NCBI GenBank assembly: GCA_038087875.1
Contig: CM075991.1
Location: forward strand, 5,518,001 to 5,582,000
Origin: Malacoraja senta
Taxonomy: Eukaryota
Length of the DNA: 64,000 nt
Direction: 5' to 3'
In this document: positions 10,221 through 23,490 of the stretch, in pieces
How the letters are laid out: every line of letters starts with the position of its first letter
Numbering within the stretch: position 1 is the first letter of the stretch
Notes under the pieces: generated by a model
Database searches by the model: none
The model's input: the letters and a program-made list of their open reading frames with translations, nothing else
What the model was told of the DNA's origin: nothing
Translations under genes and position numbers: made by a program

Positions 10221-11514
10221 ATCTTCACTAAACTAAGTCTTTTAAATTTTTTAATAAATGCTTAATTTTAAGAGAAAAGATAGCATATTTATAATTTTAT
10301 TCAAAAATAAGAAAAGACTGCAATAAGAAAATACTGAAATGGTTTTCATTCATGCTAGTAGTATACTTTGCTACATCCTTCTGTTATCAGTGTATTGCCT
10401 ATCGCTATTTTTAATCGCTTCCCGATGGGTGGATGTCCCTTCAGTCAGCTGTGGAATTCCCTTCCTTAACCCCTCCAAAACGAAATCTTACTCATAGTTT
10501 TTGCTCCTGTTTTCACACTTCTACATTATTTAACTTATGCATTCCCACAGCGACTATTCATACAGCACATTGGGTCTACACTGACCATTTGCACCAATCC
10601 TACACCATTCCCATTCTATTCTCCCCACATGCCCATTAACTCCCCAGATACTAACCCTCAACTACATACAAGAGACAATTTACAATTAATTAATCTCCCG
10701 GCCCACATTTCATAACTGATTGCTAAGTGTTTTTGATCACTAAAAGCTGTAGATATTTCTGCATTATCCTCTCTCTTTTTCCATTTATAACATGTTAAAA
10801 AAAAGGAGTCAATTTCTCTATATATTTTATCTACAGCTCAGGCACGAAGCATATAATAGAGGAAGAGGATTGGGGAAGAGAAGAGAGGGGGCGAGTGATT
10901 TTCATGTGCTCATGGTTGACACTGTGAGTCAGCGAGGCATTCCTCTGTAGGTGGAATTGATGCCTGCCGAAATCTCCAAACACCCAATCAGCAAAGGCAT
11001 TGAAGGTGGCGGAGAACTCTGTGTTTAAGGCCTCCCCCACGCTATCTCTGAAAGGAGGAATGCTAGTCAGAGAATTACAAAGGAGTAAAAATAGCACGTT
11101 AGTGCCTGTACAACGACATCACAATGTAAATGGAGGGGGGATTTTCTGACATTATGCTTCAGTTTACATAAAATAATCCTGGCCAAATGATATGTAATCA
11201 GGCATTGGATTCAAAATCTGCAGTTATTTTAAATGTTTAACATTCATTTTAGCTTCTTACATTAACTTCCAGATTTACTATTCATAAAACTAATACTTCA
11301 CAATATCAAGCTTACTTTAAAATATATCCAGGTGTCTGGAAGTAAACTATTTATTACTGTTGGTGATTCTTTTTTATACCTGGTAGCTAAAAGGCCAGGA
11401 ATGTCTCCTTTATCTCTGGAAGCTAGCTATGACTTTCCCTCATTCTAGTTTCAAATTATATACTTTGGACATATCACAATTGATAAGTATGTATGTCTTT
11501 GGATACTACATACC

Positions 11515-12390
11515 TCATAGTCATAGTCACAGAGTCATACAGCTTGGCAACAGGCCCTTCGGCCCAACTTGCCCACGCCGATCAACATGCTCCATCTACA
11601 CTAGTCCCACCTGCCTATTTTGGCCCATATCCTTCTATCATATCCATGTGCCTATCTAAATGTTTTTTAAATGTTCTGATAGTACTGTCTCAACTACCTC
11701 CTCTGGCCACATACCCACCATGTTGAGTGTAAAAAAGATGTCCCTCAGGTTGCTATTATCTCTCTCCCCCCCTCCACCCTCACATTAAACCAATGTTCTC
11801 TGGTTCTTGATTACCCTACTCCGGGTAAAAGACAATGTGCATCTGCCCTATCTATTCCTCTCGTGATCTTATACACCTCTATGAGATTACCCCTCATCCT
11901 CCTGCACTCCTGTAGTCCCAGCCTGCTCAACCTGTCCCTATAGCTCAGGGGCTTGAGTCCTGGCAATGTCCTTGTAAATCTTCTCTGCACCCTTTCCAAC
12001 TAACAACATCTTCCCTGTAACAAGGTGACCAAAACTGAACACAATATTCAAAAGTTTTGTATCACTGTAACATTACATCCGAACTTCTATACTCACTACT
12101 TTGACTGATGAAGGCAAATGTGCCGAAAGCCTACTTTTACACCTTCTCCAGTGGTGCTGGTACCTTCTGGAGTTTTTGGTTGTACAATGAGGTCCCTCTG
12201 TTCCTCATTACTTCTTAGGGCCCTACCACTCATGGTATATGTCCTACCCTTACTTGGTCCTCCAAAATGCATCACCTCACATGAACAGAATTAAATTCCA
12301 TCTGTCATTGCCCTGCCCAATTTATTAACTGATCAATATTATTCTGAAGCCTACATCTATCCTCTTTACTATCAACACCACCAATTTCTA
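11515..12390 (-). mobile_element. CR1 LINE 3' fragment
   Basis: ORF 11811-11999 ERVQRRFTRTLPGL...RRMRGNLIEVYKI. Confidence 0.8.
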
Positions 12391-12526
12391 AATTTGAGGT
12401 AAAAGTAATAGCACGGAATGTTAAGGGGCTGTCCCACTTGGGCGACCTAATTGGCGAGTTTAGAAGAGTTTGAAAATATGTAGGTATACTTTGAAAACAT
12501 GCAGCAAATCTAAATCCACTGTGTAT

Positions 12527-13005
12527 TTTTTTTTTTTTTTAAATAATTTTTTTAATAGAAGTACGGTAGATTACAGTAATGTACAACACGTATATATTAA
12601 TACATTTTTTGTACCGCTTCACTTTTTTAAACTTTAAGAAAGAAAAAGAAAGAAGTAAGAAAAGTGAAGAAAGTGCGCAAAGGTTGTGAAGTGCAAAAGA
12701 GTTTTGGGAAAAGAAAGCCCCTTAGAAAAGAAGTTAGAGAAGGAAGTAAAGTTAGAAAATAGACCCTAGAAAAGAAAGAGAAAGAAAGAAGGAACAATCG
12801 CTCTATTATAACTCTTATAACATACTTCATAGAGAAGGAACTACCAACCAAGTCTGTTTTTGTTTTACCTCCCATTACCAGGTCCAGATACCTTTTATTT
12901 ATTTATTTGTTTTTCTAAATTACTATTGCACCTCATGCTTGTAATAGGTCCAAAAACGTAGACCACGTCTTTTGAAATTGGTCTACTTTGCCTACTAGGA
13001 GGAAT
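12527..13005 (-). mobile_element. 5'-truncated L1/Tx1-like LINE with poly(A) tail
   Basis: Poly(T) at about 12526-12540 on plus; minus-strand ORF end FLLVGKVDQFQKTWSTFLDLLQA*; 16-bp TSD taaatccactgtgtat at 12511-12526 and 13006-13021. Confidence 0.75.
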
Positions 13006-14391
13006 TAAATCCACTGTGTATACATGTTGGGAGATCCCCACTGCCCCATTACTTCAGGAAAGCCATTGAAGGATTAGTCAAATATGCAAAACAAAATCTG
13101 CTTATCAGATCTCTGTAATGATTGAAAATGCACAAGATGGTTCTGTACATTATGATGCAGGCTTCAGATTAGCCACTCCTTAAAGTCTTTTCCTGTTAAG
13201 ATTTATATCATGCCTGAATATAGTCTGCTGTTATTTGGCAAAATGATAAAGCAATGCACTGGTAACACAAGTTGCTGGAATCTGGAAGAAAAAACTGCTG
13301 GAGGAACTCAGTGGGTCAAGCAGCATCTGTGGAGGCAAGAGGATGGTCGATGTTTTGGGTTGAGACACTGGTGTCATGAGTCGTGAGAAATTAGTCATTT
13401 CTCTAAACCTGCTAACCAAAATGATCAGCAGTTTTGGTTCCACATCTCAAAAATAATCACACACACGCTGCAGACATGTTCCATGAGGCATCAATTCAAG
13501 ACAAAGCTACGACCAGGAACTATTTGTTAATGGAAAGGTAAATTTAGACATTCATTAAAAAAAAACTAATTTATGGAAAATAAAAACAGGAAGTAACAAT
13601 ATTTCAGTTCCTAAAGCAAGTTGACGTTATCTTGTGTAACCTCAGTACTAAAAATGCTCAGTATAAAAGCTCAGTATAAAAAAGTAAAAATCAACAGTTA
13701 CAATTTCTCCACACCATACCATCTTCTTGGAGAGCATAGAGAGCAAAAATATCCTTTGCAATCTCAGTGATATTTTGAACAGCAGTAGCTTAACAAGGAA
13801 TGTTAAGCGGTTACAGTCAGCTATTGTTTCCTAGCCTCATTGTGTGAAAATATTTGGCTCATGAACAACACAGCTTGGACAAGACCAGAAATTAATGGTG
13901 CATGGGAAACATGACTCTTGAAACAAGAATTTCAATTAAACTGCATGGCAGCAATATTGCCCGTTTCTTTCTATTAATTTCAATAGTTACCAGGGAGCCA
14001 AATTTCATGTTGTTAGAAACACAGCTTGTCAAATCTTAAAATGTCCAGTTGCTTTGGAATATTTGCTGAGACCATGTAAACAATTTTCTGAAAACGATTT
14101 TGAATTAGTAAATTTGACTTAGGTTTAATGCCAAATTATTTCCACAGAATGCCTTTGCCCCATTCTCTCTCCCTTCATCTCTTGTTTGCTTCTCTTGATC
14201 AATTCTCTCTGAATGTACTCCTCGCTTTCTCCTTTTCTTACCTCTCACTCTCTCTCCTCATATCCTTTCCCTCTCTTTATCTGTCCTCCAACTCTCCCCT
14301 CTTTTATGAAGTGGCAAAGTAAGAAAATATAATAGTGAAAGGCAGGAAAGGGAGACCGGATGAGGTAGAGGGGAGAAGAGAGAAGGGGTAT

Positions 14392-14398
<7 letters not shown>

Positions 14399-14442
<44 letters not shown>
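14399..14442. repeat. (AG)n microsatellite inside a roughly 550-bp polypurine tract
   Basis: Direct reading. Confidence 0.95.
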
Positions 14443-14445
<3 letters not shown>

Positions 14446-15255
14446 AGGGTTAAGGAGGAGAGAGATTAGTGGGGAGTGGGACGGAGGTGGTATGTAGGTG
14501 AAAGGGGATGGGAAATGGGAGGAGGTAGGTAATAAGAGAAAGGAAGGGGGTGACAAATGAGGTTGTGAGACAGAATGGATGGAGAAAGGACCAAAGGGAA
14601 AGAAATGTTAGAGAAGTCAGAAAGGGGAGGGAGAATGGGAGGGGGGAGTTGATGTGAAAATAAGGTCACCATGGAAATAATAGAAAGGAGTGAATATAAA
14701 AGAGGAGGATGTGTAAGAGAAAGGAGACAAATAATGGAGAGGCAGAGAGATCGAGATGAAGGAGACGGGGAGAGGTAAAGAATGAACTAATAAGAAAAAA
14801 GGTAAGTGAGAGGAGGGAATTGTCGGAGTAGAAGACTGGAAGAATGGGGGAACATTTGAACATTTTTTTCCATCAGAAAATCATCCAAAGTCAACCATCC
14901 ATCGTCAAAGGATGGGCTTCTGCAGCAGAAGCAATGGTGGATTTGATTTCAATGTCTGGCTTCATGCCAAAGTTGCTTCTGAGGTATGGAAAGTGGCCTA
15001 TGTTTTCCAGGGTACATGTAGTAGGAATTAGAATCTAATGGTGAGGTTAATGATTTAATCAGCTGTGATGCCCCAGCTTACAAACCCTGGACTAAAATTG
15101 TATCACTTACTATCCAACCTCAAGTGCAGAGTGGGTATGTGAACATGGTACAAGAGACCTAACACACTCATATCTATCTACACCCAATTCTACTTTGTGA
15201 AATAGGCATTCATCTTTTTTTTTGAATAAGTTGAAAAAAACATGTATTACTTGTT

Positions 15256-15352
15256 GGTACACAAAAATGCTGGAGAAACTCAGCGGGTGCAGCAGCATCT
15301 ATGGAGCGAAGGAAATAGGTAACGTTTCGGGCCGAAACCCTTCTTCAGACTG
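15256..15352 (-). mobile_element. Penelope terminal repeat with minimal hammerhead-like motif
   Basis: Minus strand ctgaagaagggtttcggcccgaaacgtta; attacttgt is repeated in the flanks. Confidence 0.75.
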
Positions 15353-16251
15353 ATTACTTGTATTACTTGTTTCAGTGCCAGATGATCACGTGCAGTCTTG
15401 CTTGAGATAATGCCCACGTCCAGGTTGGTTCAAACGGTTTGGCGCATTACCAAGAAAATGAGATCACATAGTTCTAAGAACAATTGTAGGTCACTTCTGA
15501 AAAAAATAGATTTTTGTCTAATCCTATTCTAGACTGGGACTCCACTGAGGTAAATGCCATTACACATCTATATTTTTCTCCCCATTAGACTGTGGCACCA
15601 ACCCACCCACACGTTTTTAGCCTGGCCCATTGAATTTCCTGAAGCCTCAGCCTTTCAAACTCTGATGGCCCCAAACCCTTTAAGGGTCTGACCATTATAA
15701 AAAAGGCAGAAGTAGTTCAAATGCCCATTTGAGAAGGGCAATATATTTGTATTTGTATACATTGTAATGTATTTGTATACAATAGGTAAGCAAGCAACAG
15801 TGTCACAGTGGCCATTCCATTCCAAAAGTCTCAACCTGAAACGTCACATAACCATGTTCTGCCACATAGGCCTGTCCAAGTCTTCAAAAGTTACTGCCTG
15901 AACGGCTGAGTTACTCCAGCACATTATGTCTTTTTTTGTAAATCAGCATCCGCAGTTCTTTGTGTCTAGTTTTCCAAGGAATTTTCTGCTCTCTTACGGG
16001 TGATCTGTTCCCATGTCAGAGCTTCCAAAAGAGTATCTTTTGGGAGACTAATGCTGGGCACACAGCCTGCCCAATGGATTTAGCCGGATGTAATTAGTGC
16101 GTCCTTCAGGTCTAAGCCTCAGAAGCATATAGGAGTTGAATTAATTTGTAAATATCTGTGTCATTTATATCTGTGTACAAAATATGGCATTTCTCGTAAT
16201 CCCTTTCCATATAAGGAAATCTCGAGTATAAATTGATCTCGCTTGAGTATC

Positions 16252-16563
16252 GGGGTGGCACAGTGGCGCAGCAGTAGAGTTGCTGCCTTACTGCACCAGA
16301 GACCCGGGTTCGAGCCTGACTACGGGTGCTGTATGTTCCGAGGTTGCACGGTCTCCCCGTGACTGCATGTGTTTTCTCCGGGAGCTCTGGTTTCTTCCAC
16401 ATTCCAAAGACCAACGGGTTTGTAGGTTAATTGGCTTCAGTAAAATTGTGCCTTGTATGTAGGATAGTGCTAGTGTATGGGGATCGCTGGTCGGCGCAGA
16501 CCCGGTGGGCCGAAGGGGCTGTTTCCATGCTGTATCTCTAAACTAAACTAAAACTAAACTAAA
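16252..16563 (+). mobile_element. Full-length tRNA-derived SINE (HE1/V-SINE-like)
   Basis: A-box-like tggcgcagcagtag, B-box ggttcgagcc, conserved core, tail (taaac)n. Confidence 0.85.
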
Positions 16564-18929
16564 AATGCAGGAGTTCATGTCCAACAATCTAAAATAATAA
16601 CAGAAAATGCTGGACATAATCATCAGATCCAGACCATGTAGGAAACCGAGTTCATGTTTCACTGGGTCTGTTGTATTTCGAACTTTATCAATGCTTTGCC
16701 TTTGGATTTCTGTGTGATATTAATCACTTTGACTTCAACAAATATTTGTGTCTTTTTTTGCTTCTTCAATATTTTATTTCCTCTTTTTGTCATCATTAAC
16801 ATAATGGAGTTGCTTTGCGTATGTTCTTGTGTCACAGTTGTAAGTATCAGCTGTAGAAGAGGGAGATGTGTTCATATTGTAGCCCTTCAGTGTACTGGGG
16901 CAGTAGCCATTTTCAAAGATGAGCTCATACTGACGTGATTCTTGGATCTTATGCTTTCTCCCGTTCATCTTGTGCAGACTACAAAAATGGTGACTGGATT
17001 ATGTACTGTAGAAACAATACTGATATTGATCAGTCCTCTCTTACAACGTTATAGGTCTAGACATTGGAGATTGTTACAGTGTACAAACTGGACAAGATGA
17101 TGCAACATTACATTTTAGATGTCAACCTTTCTCACATTTTACTGCCTATGGCCAGAGTCCCTGCCTCACAGGCGGCCATGATAACTAGAGTAGACGTCTG
17201 ACAAGAAAGGATGAAACATGTTATTATTACTCATATTCTCTCATATTCAGACCAACATGTAACAAGAGTACAGAACTTTCAAAATGAACACTAGCTGCTG
17301 TTCAACTCAGGGGGAAGGCACCGTTCAATGACAAATTGCCCAGAGAATCTTCAAGTGCCTGGCATCCATTTAACAAACTTCCTCGTCTCTGCCAACTACC
17401 AACTATGCCAGCACGTGACACAACATTATCAGTTATACTGGCTGACAATGGATGTAAACGGCAAATAAAACAAGTCATTTTTCATATCTAATATTTTCAG
17501 AGATTTATAACAAAGTCACTTGAATTTAATCTGGAAACTTAATGGTCAATCTCACTTTAAGATATAAATCCTCATGTCCCTTGCTTTTTGTGAACTTTAT
17601 CCTCGTTATCGTTCCAAGCACTTTGTCGGGTTGTCTCCCGTGTCGCTGCAGTCTGCTTTCTAGAAGGCTACTCCTTCAATTGATGTGTTAGCAGATGGTC
17701 TTGCAGTCTGAAGAGAAGCCCCTGCCCTGGAAGGTTCAGTTTCTCCCAGCCAGGGATGAAGCAGTCTGGAAGGGTTGGCTGCAAGGAACAGGTGAGCATG
17801 CTGATTCACAGGTTGTAGTGCCAGGTGACTTTGTGCTGAGTCTTTGCTCCACACCTGATTCCTTATGCCTTCCAGTGCTAGAGTCAAGCCCACTGGTCAG
17901 TGCTGGACACTTATCCCTTTTCTGAATATTTTGATTCCCCATGCAGCTGACCAGTGAACAGGTGTTGTGGAGTGTGACACAATGAGAAATGTTGCTATTC
18001 TTTTTATTCTTCAACTCAGTCTCCCAACTCTCCAGTAACCCCTCAATTTCCTTCCCTCCCTCTGCTGCCTCTTCCTCTCTCAGCTATGACCACCGTGGCT
18101 CCTCCAACTCACTTGTTCATTGTCTTCTGAGAAGGAAGAGGAATGGGGAGGGCATCTCGTGCCTCTGCTTAAACCTTGCAAAAATAAAACAAGGGACAGC
18201 AGGACTTCCAAGATGCAGTATCTAAAGGCATCTCCCTGATGTATCTGATGCTGTGCACTGCTAAGGAATTCAGTACCAACACTGACAACAGAATGAAACA
18301 ATGGAGCAACAAACTGGCAGGCTTTGAGTCCTGCCTGCTCATCCAGCCCAGTTTGGCTTCGTGGCATCTCTTGCCTATCTGCCTCAGTATGTTTATTTCC
18401 TGTTTGATGAGACACTCCTCCAATGCTTGATCCCTCCCTCCTGTCTGAAGATGATATGGTGGTGCTTTTGTGTGAGAGTGATTTGTGGTGGTCTCAAGAC
18501 AATATCATTTTGAGAGAGTGTGTGTGCATGTGACTTACACCTACCTGCACAGTCTCATGGGAGCCCTGCATCATGGGATCTGCCACCTCACCTGGACTAC
18601 TGGAAGTGGTGCATTGTCCTACTCCCATGGAGCCACTCTGCCCTCCCTTGTTGACCCTTGAGCATATTTCTGCAACCATATGCTGCTTCCTGGGTAGTAT
18701 GCTTTAAAGCTGATGCCTTTTTGGGACTAAAGCAAAGTGTGTACTGATCTACTAAATTGCAACGAGTGTCTTGTTAACTAGCGCAGATCCCAATGATCTT
18801 ATAACTCCACGTTTGGAAAAATATGCCATACTGTTCTTCTGGCTGTTGCTTTCAGCCAATTGTTCTTTTTTGTGTGGGTAACATGACCATTGGTGCTGAA
18901 TGTGGTAGATATTTTGAACACCAAATATG

Positions 18930-19100
18930 CCAAGTCTAATATGATCTGGTCACTGTCATACCTGCTGTCTGTGAGAGCTTACTCTGTGCAAATTGACTAT
19001 CATGATTTCTACATCACAACTGGTGACTAAAGTATCTGAAAGCTGTCAGGTACTTTTGAGTCATCAAAGTTGTGAAAGGTGTTATATAAACTGAAGTATC
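18930..19100 (+). mobile_element. Old Deu-SINE/L2-type 3' tail
   Basis: ctgtgcaaattgact...ctacatcacaac...gtgaaaggtgttatataaactgaagt matches the recalled SacSINE/AmnSINE tail pattern. Confidence 0.45.
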
Positions 19101-19744
19101 TATATATAACACGCACTGTGCTTAAATAACACTTCAGTGGCGCCAAGTGGCACAACAAAGAACTACAATAGAATCACATCAAATCTTCGGTCTGTGGTCT
19201 GATGGGGGAGTGGGAACACTTTTTTTAAATTTTGAAATCCATCCTAATTGAGACAAACTGTAGAGAACCCAGTATTGAAGACTCCAAGATCTTTATTTTA
19301 TTATAGCTGTAATTACACCGCAGAACTCAAAGTATAGGACAATTTCCTATTTAAAATGTAATATATCCAGTCTTTACTCTCACTGACTCAAAAGCTTCAG
19401 CAGATGAACAGACGTACTCAGTAATTTAGTAAACACCCTGATTATTAATGATATATCAATGGGGACATTGGAACAAACACACATACTATTTGAGTCACCC
19501 TCAGCCAGAATAGCAAAAATGCAATTATGTACATTTACTTCAAGCTTGCCAGGAGTTTATTTTTTATAGTGAACAGTTCTGATATATGGTTATTGAACGA
19601 CAACAGCTTTTCACCATCTCCACGTGTTCCCTGACTTCCAGTAGCCTCTTTGCTTTCAGATTTCTTGGAGTTATCAACTTTTGCACCTCACAGTTCCAAT
19701 ACGTTATTCTATTTTATCCCCTCTCTAACCATCGTTATTAACTA

Positions 19745-19928
19745 TGTATAAGAAGGAACTGCAGATGCTGGATAAAATCGAAGGTAGACAAAAATGCTGG
19801 AGAAACTCAGCGCGTGAGGCAGCATCTATGGAGCGAAGGAAATAGGCAACGTTTCCGGTCGAGACCCTTCTTCAGACTCCATAGATGCTGCCTCACCCGC
19901 TGAGTTTCTCCAGCATTTTTGTCTACCT
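19745..19928. mobile_element. Penelope terminal-repeat fold-back insertion
   Basis: Inverted arms; 14-bp TSD atc(g/a)ttattaacta at 19731-19744 and 19929-19942. Confidence 0.8.
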
Positions 19929-21164
19929 ATCATTATTAACTAGATAGCATTGCAGGCTTTGTATCATCTAGACAATTCTGGTCTCCACACTATCACAGAT
20001 ATTTCCTTTGTTCTCTCCATCCCTTCACCTCTCTGTAAGTTTAGAACAATTGTTTTTGCACTTGTCCAGTCCTGATGAAGGTTATTTATCTGAAATGTTA
20101 ACTTTGTTTCTCTCTCCATAGATGCTGCCTGACCAGCTGAGTGTTTCTAGCACTTTATTTTTGATTTCTAGCAGCTGTAGTTTTCCACACCGACATGGAT
20201 CATTTGCTTTCTAATTTTTACATGATTAAAAATCTCTTCTTTTAGTCCATGTCTCGTGCAAGTTTATTGAAACAGCTGTTTTCACTAAAGAAAGTAAACT
20301 AAACAGGGGTGATGATGCAAGTCACGATGACGCGTCTTTTTGAATGACCTGGCTTAAAATATATCATGTCTTCCTAAGAAACTGCATAGGAAATAACCTT
20401 TTAACACAACCCACGGGATAATAAACCACCTTTACCTTTGTACAGAGTCAGGTACTGAGATCCTTCATGAATCTTCTGGGCACAGAACAAAACTTTTATT
20501 TTTAACCTCTTTGTCCAGTGTATTTCACTGGTGGTCCTGGAAGTAAATAGAGACAGACTGAAGGCAACACAGACTTGCCTACGGACTCCATATATGGACA
20601 TAATGGAGGGATAGTTTCCAAAGACCCCATTCCCACAGCAGCACATAGGAACCCAAGCTCCATATCCAATGTATTTGGAGACTGGTGGTGGAAGCTGGAA
20701 AGTGCAGGCGGATAAATATTTGATAGATCAAGAAATAGAGGGGCATAGAGAAAATCGCACAGACGTGTAGTTGAGGTCAGCCATTATCATATTACGATCA
20801 TATTAAAGAGTGCATCTCTCTGAAGAGTTAGGGAAAGAAAAAGTGCACTTATGGCCCTTCAGGGCTGGCCACATGACTCAATCTATGGCAAGCATACTGC
20901 CATCACCCTGAACATTCAGCTCCTCTGCATCAATGCCATGTTGTGTACCTAGGAGCTTGAACAACTTCTGTCTTCCTTCATCAGTGCCCATCTTATTTTA
21001 TCTCCTGCAATGTGGGAAACAAGATATCCTCTCTTTCCTTCTATTTTGCCTCTTAGATTCATTTGCTTGCTGCAGAGCCAGAGGGGTACTAAAGATGAGC
21101 TAGAACCTGGATGAGCAGGGGAGCCCTGCACTACCATCTAGAGCAGGTATCATTTCAACATTGT

Positions 21165-21375
21165 AGAAACAAAGAACTGCAGATGCTGGTGTACACTAAA
21201 GATAGACACAAAGTGCTGGAGTAACTCAGCAGTTCAGGCAGCATCTCTGGAGAAAAAAAAGGATGGGTGACGTTCCAGGTCAGAGACTGAAGAAGGGTCC
21301 GGACCTGAAAAGTCACCCATCCTTTTTCTCCAGAGATGCTGCCTGACCCGCTGAGTTACTCCAGCATTTTGTGTC
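21165..21375. mobile_element. Penelope terminal-repeat fold-back insertion
   Basis: Inverted arms; 17-bp TSD tatcatttcaac(a/g)ttgt at 21148-21164 and 21376-21392. Confidence 0.8.
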
Positions 21376-23209
21376 TATCATTTCAACGTTGTCTGCTGTG
21401 GGGTTCATAACCATGATTATCAATTGCAACGTCCAGAGTCAATGTCCAGAGTCTACTAAACCATCATTTTGAAACATTGAAACCAAGAATTAAAATCACC
21501 AGTAACAATCAAATAGTCTCTGCAGCTATATGTGCAAGTTCTTTATTGCAAGTTGAATATTGCAAGTTCTCATTTTGATCTTGCCAATTCAACAAAAAGC
21601 TTTACATTTGAGAGGCATATTTGGTCCAGAATCAAAAATGCTAACTGATGTCCAGCTTCCATAAATGGAACACAAAAACCAGAAAGTAGTTGGAAAAGAA
21701 AATATTTACCTCCTCAAATATTTACCTCCTCAGGATTCATCATAAAGAAAAACTGCCTTCTGGAGATGACATTCCTCACCAAATCAACATCAGTCCACTC
21801 GTTTCCCCAAATGCAGGTCTCTCCATTAGAAACAGCTGATGTCAGTACACTTGTTTTTCTGATTGGCAGCTTCATCAGAAAGAAGAAACTAGGTTTGCGC
21901 GAGTGCAGTCCACACCCAGAAAATGTGGATGATAACAGATATACCAACTACATCCTTCACTAGCTGCCTTGTTTTTCAAATACAATGAGACTACCCCAAT
22001 GGCCATGTTATTGAACGTTGAGATCCTGTTGAAGATCCATTTCAATCATAAGAAATGCTTTGAATAATTGAGGCATTCAAGTAGGTATAACTGTCAATGC
22101 TGTATCTGATTGAGTGGAAGGTGGACATCAAGTCACTCAGTTCTCTTTACACCGTGCCATCATACGTCCTTAACTGCTGATGTAACCAACACAAACACTC
22201 AATGTCTGGAAGAAGACATTACCAATCTCATGTTGATATAGTCATCACAGTGAGCTTGCCTTCCATCTAAGGCCAAGAGCAAACGGAACCATTGTATAAA
22301 GGAGCAAGTAATCCTGCAGGTGAACTTTCCACTTGTGCCGTCTCTATTTGTCGCCATCTCTGTGACTCCGGTAATGCAAGCCTCGACAGTAGTTAGGATT
22401 TCACTAATAAAAATGTTTTCATATTAACCCCATCACATTGTCTCAGTGCTTTTTCCCAAGATGGTCACCGTAGAGTTTGTAGTAGATTGAACCTTTGCAT
22501 GGAGGAGGTAGCAATCAGGTGGCCTTGAAGAACAATCAAAAGCAGCTCCAAGCCAACTTATTCTGGTGAGGGATTCTACTTTCTTTGGGTTGTTAAACTG
22601 TAAGGCAAATTCAGGGTCAAGGGTGCCAGCTGAGGGAATCACTGTGTAATTCGAAGTGGCCAAAATATTCTTGTTCCAGAAAGCCAATTAGCAGTCTCGG
22701 ACAACAGATGGCCTTGTAAGCCGGCATGGCTGCCATATTGCATTGAAACCTGTGCCAATCAATGATTCCAGTCCTGTGATGGCAGTGAGCTGAGCCTTTA
22801 TTAGATGGAAGTGTTGGGCCTAGGCACTAGATGACCTCCATCTGGGCTGACTTCAACCAACAGAGCATGGACACTTCTATGCTCGTTGGCAAAGAGAGGC
22901 CAGCTACTTTCCCACAGGCTAGATTGTGCTTGATTTCAGCTGAAAGCTATGCAAATGTTGGACTGTTCTACGTTCCTTAAGTTTCTGTCAGCTCGGACAC
23001 CGCACCAAACATATCCATATGTATCTGCAATTGCACATCAGAGTTCTCATTTGAGACCTCCAGAGCTGAACTAATGCCATTCCTTACTCCCCTGTATTGA
23101 TGCAGTAATCTCTCTTGCTCTCAAGTCCAGGTGAAGTTTGCTTGTTTCATATGTCACATGATGAAAAGCAACACACTCTACACTACCCTCCCCATTCAGT
23201 GAGTTGTCA

Positions 23210-23490
23210 GGTTTAGTTTCGTTTAGAGAAATAATGTGCAAACAGGTGCCGACCAGTGATCACTCGTACGCTAGTTCTATCCTACAGACTAGGGACAATT
23301 AACAGAAGCCAATTTTTACCTACAAAACTCCGCATCTTTGGAATGTGGGAGGAAACTGTAGTAGCCAGAGAAAACCCACGCAATCACAGTTAGAATGTAC
23401 AAACTCCGTACAGACAGCACCCATCCTCAGGAACAAACCGGGTCTCTGGCGCTGTAAGGCAGCAACTCTACCACTGCGCGCTACTGTGCA
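23210..23490 (-). mobile_element. tRNA-derived SINE (HE1/V-SINE-like)
   Basis: Reverse complement of the 16252-16563 family. Confidence 0.75.

Noticed and set aside
10831..11097. 88-aa minus ORF as a PEBP4 terminal exon
   Set aside because: No PEBP C-terminal motif and no convincing in-phase acceptor.
16252..16330. tRNA gene
   Set aside because: A/B-box-like head runs into a SINE core and tail; no complete cloverleaf.
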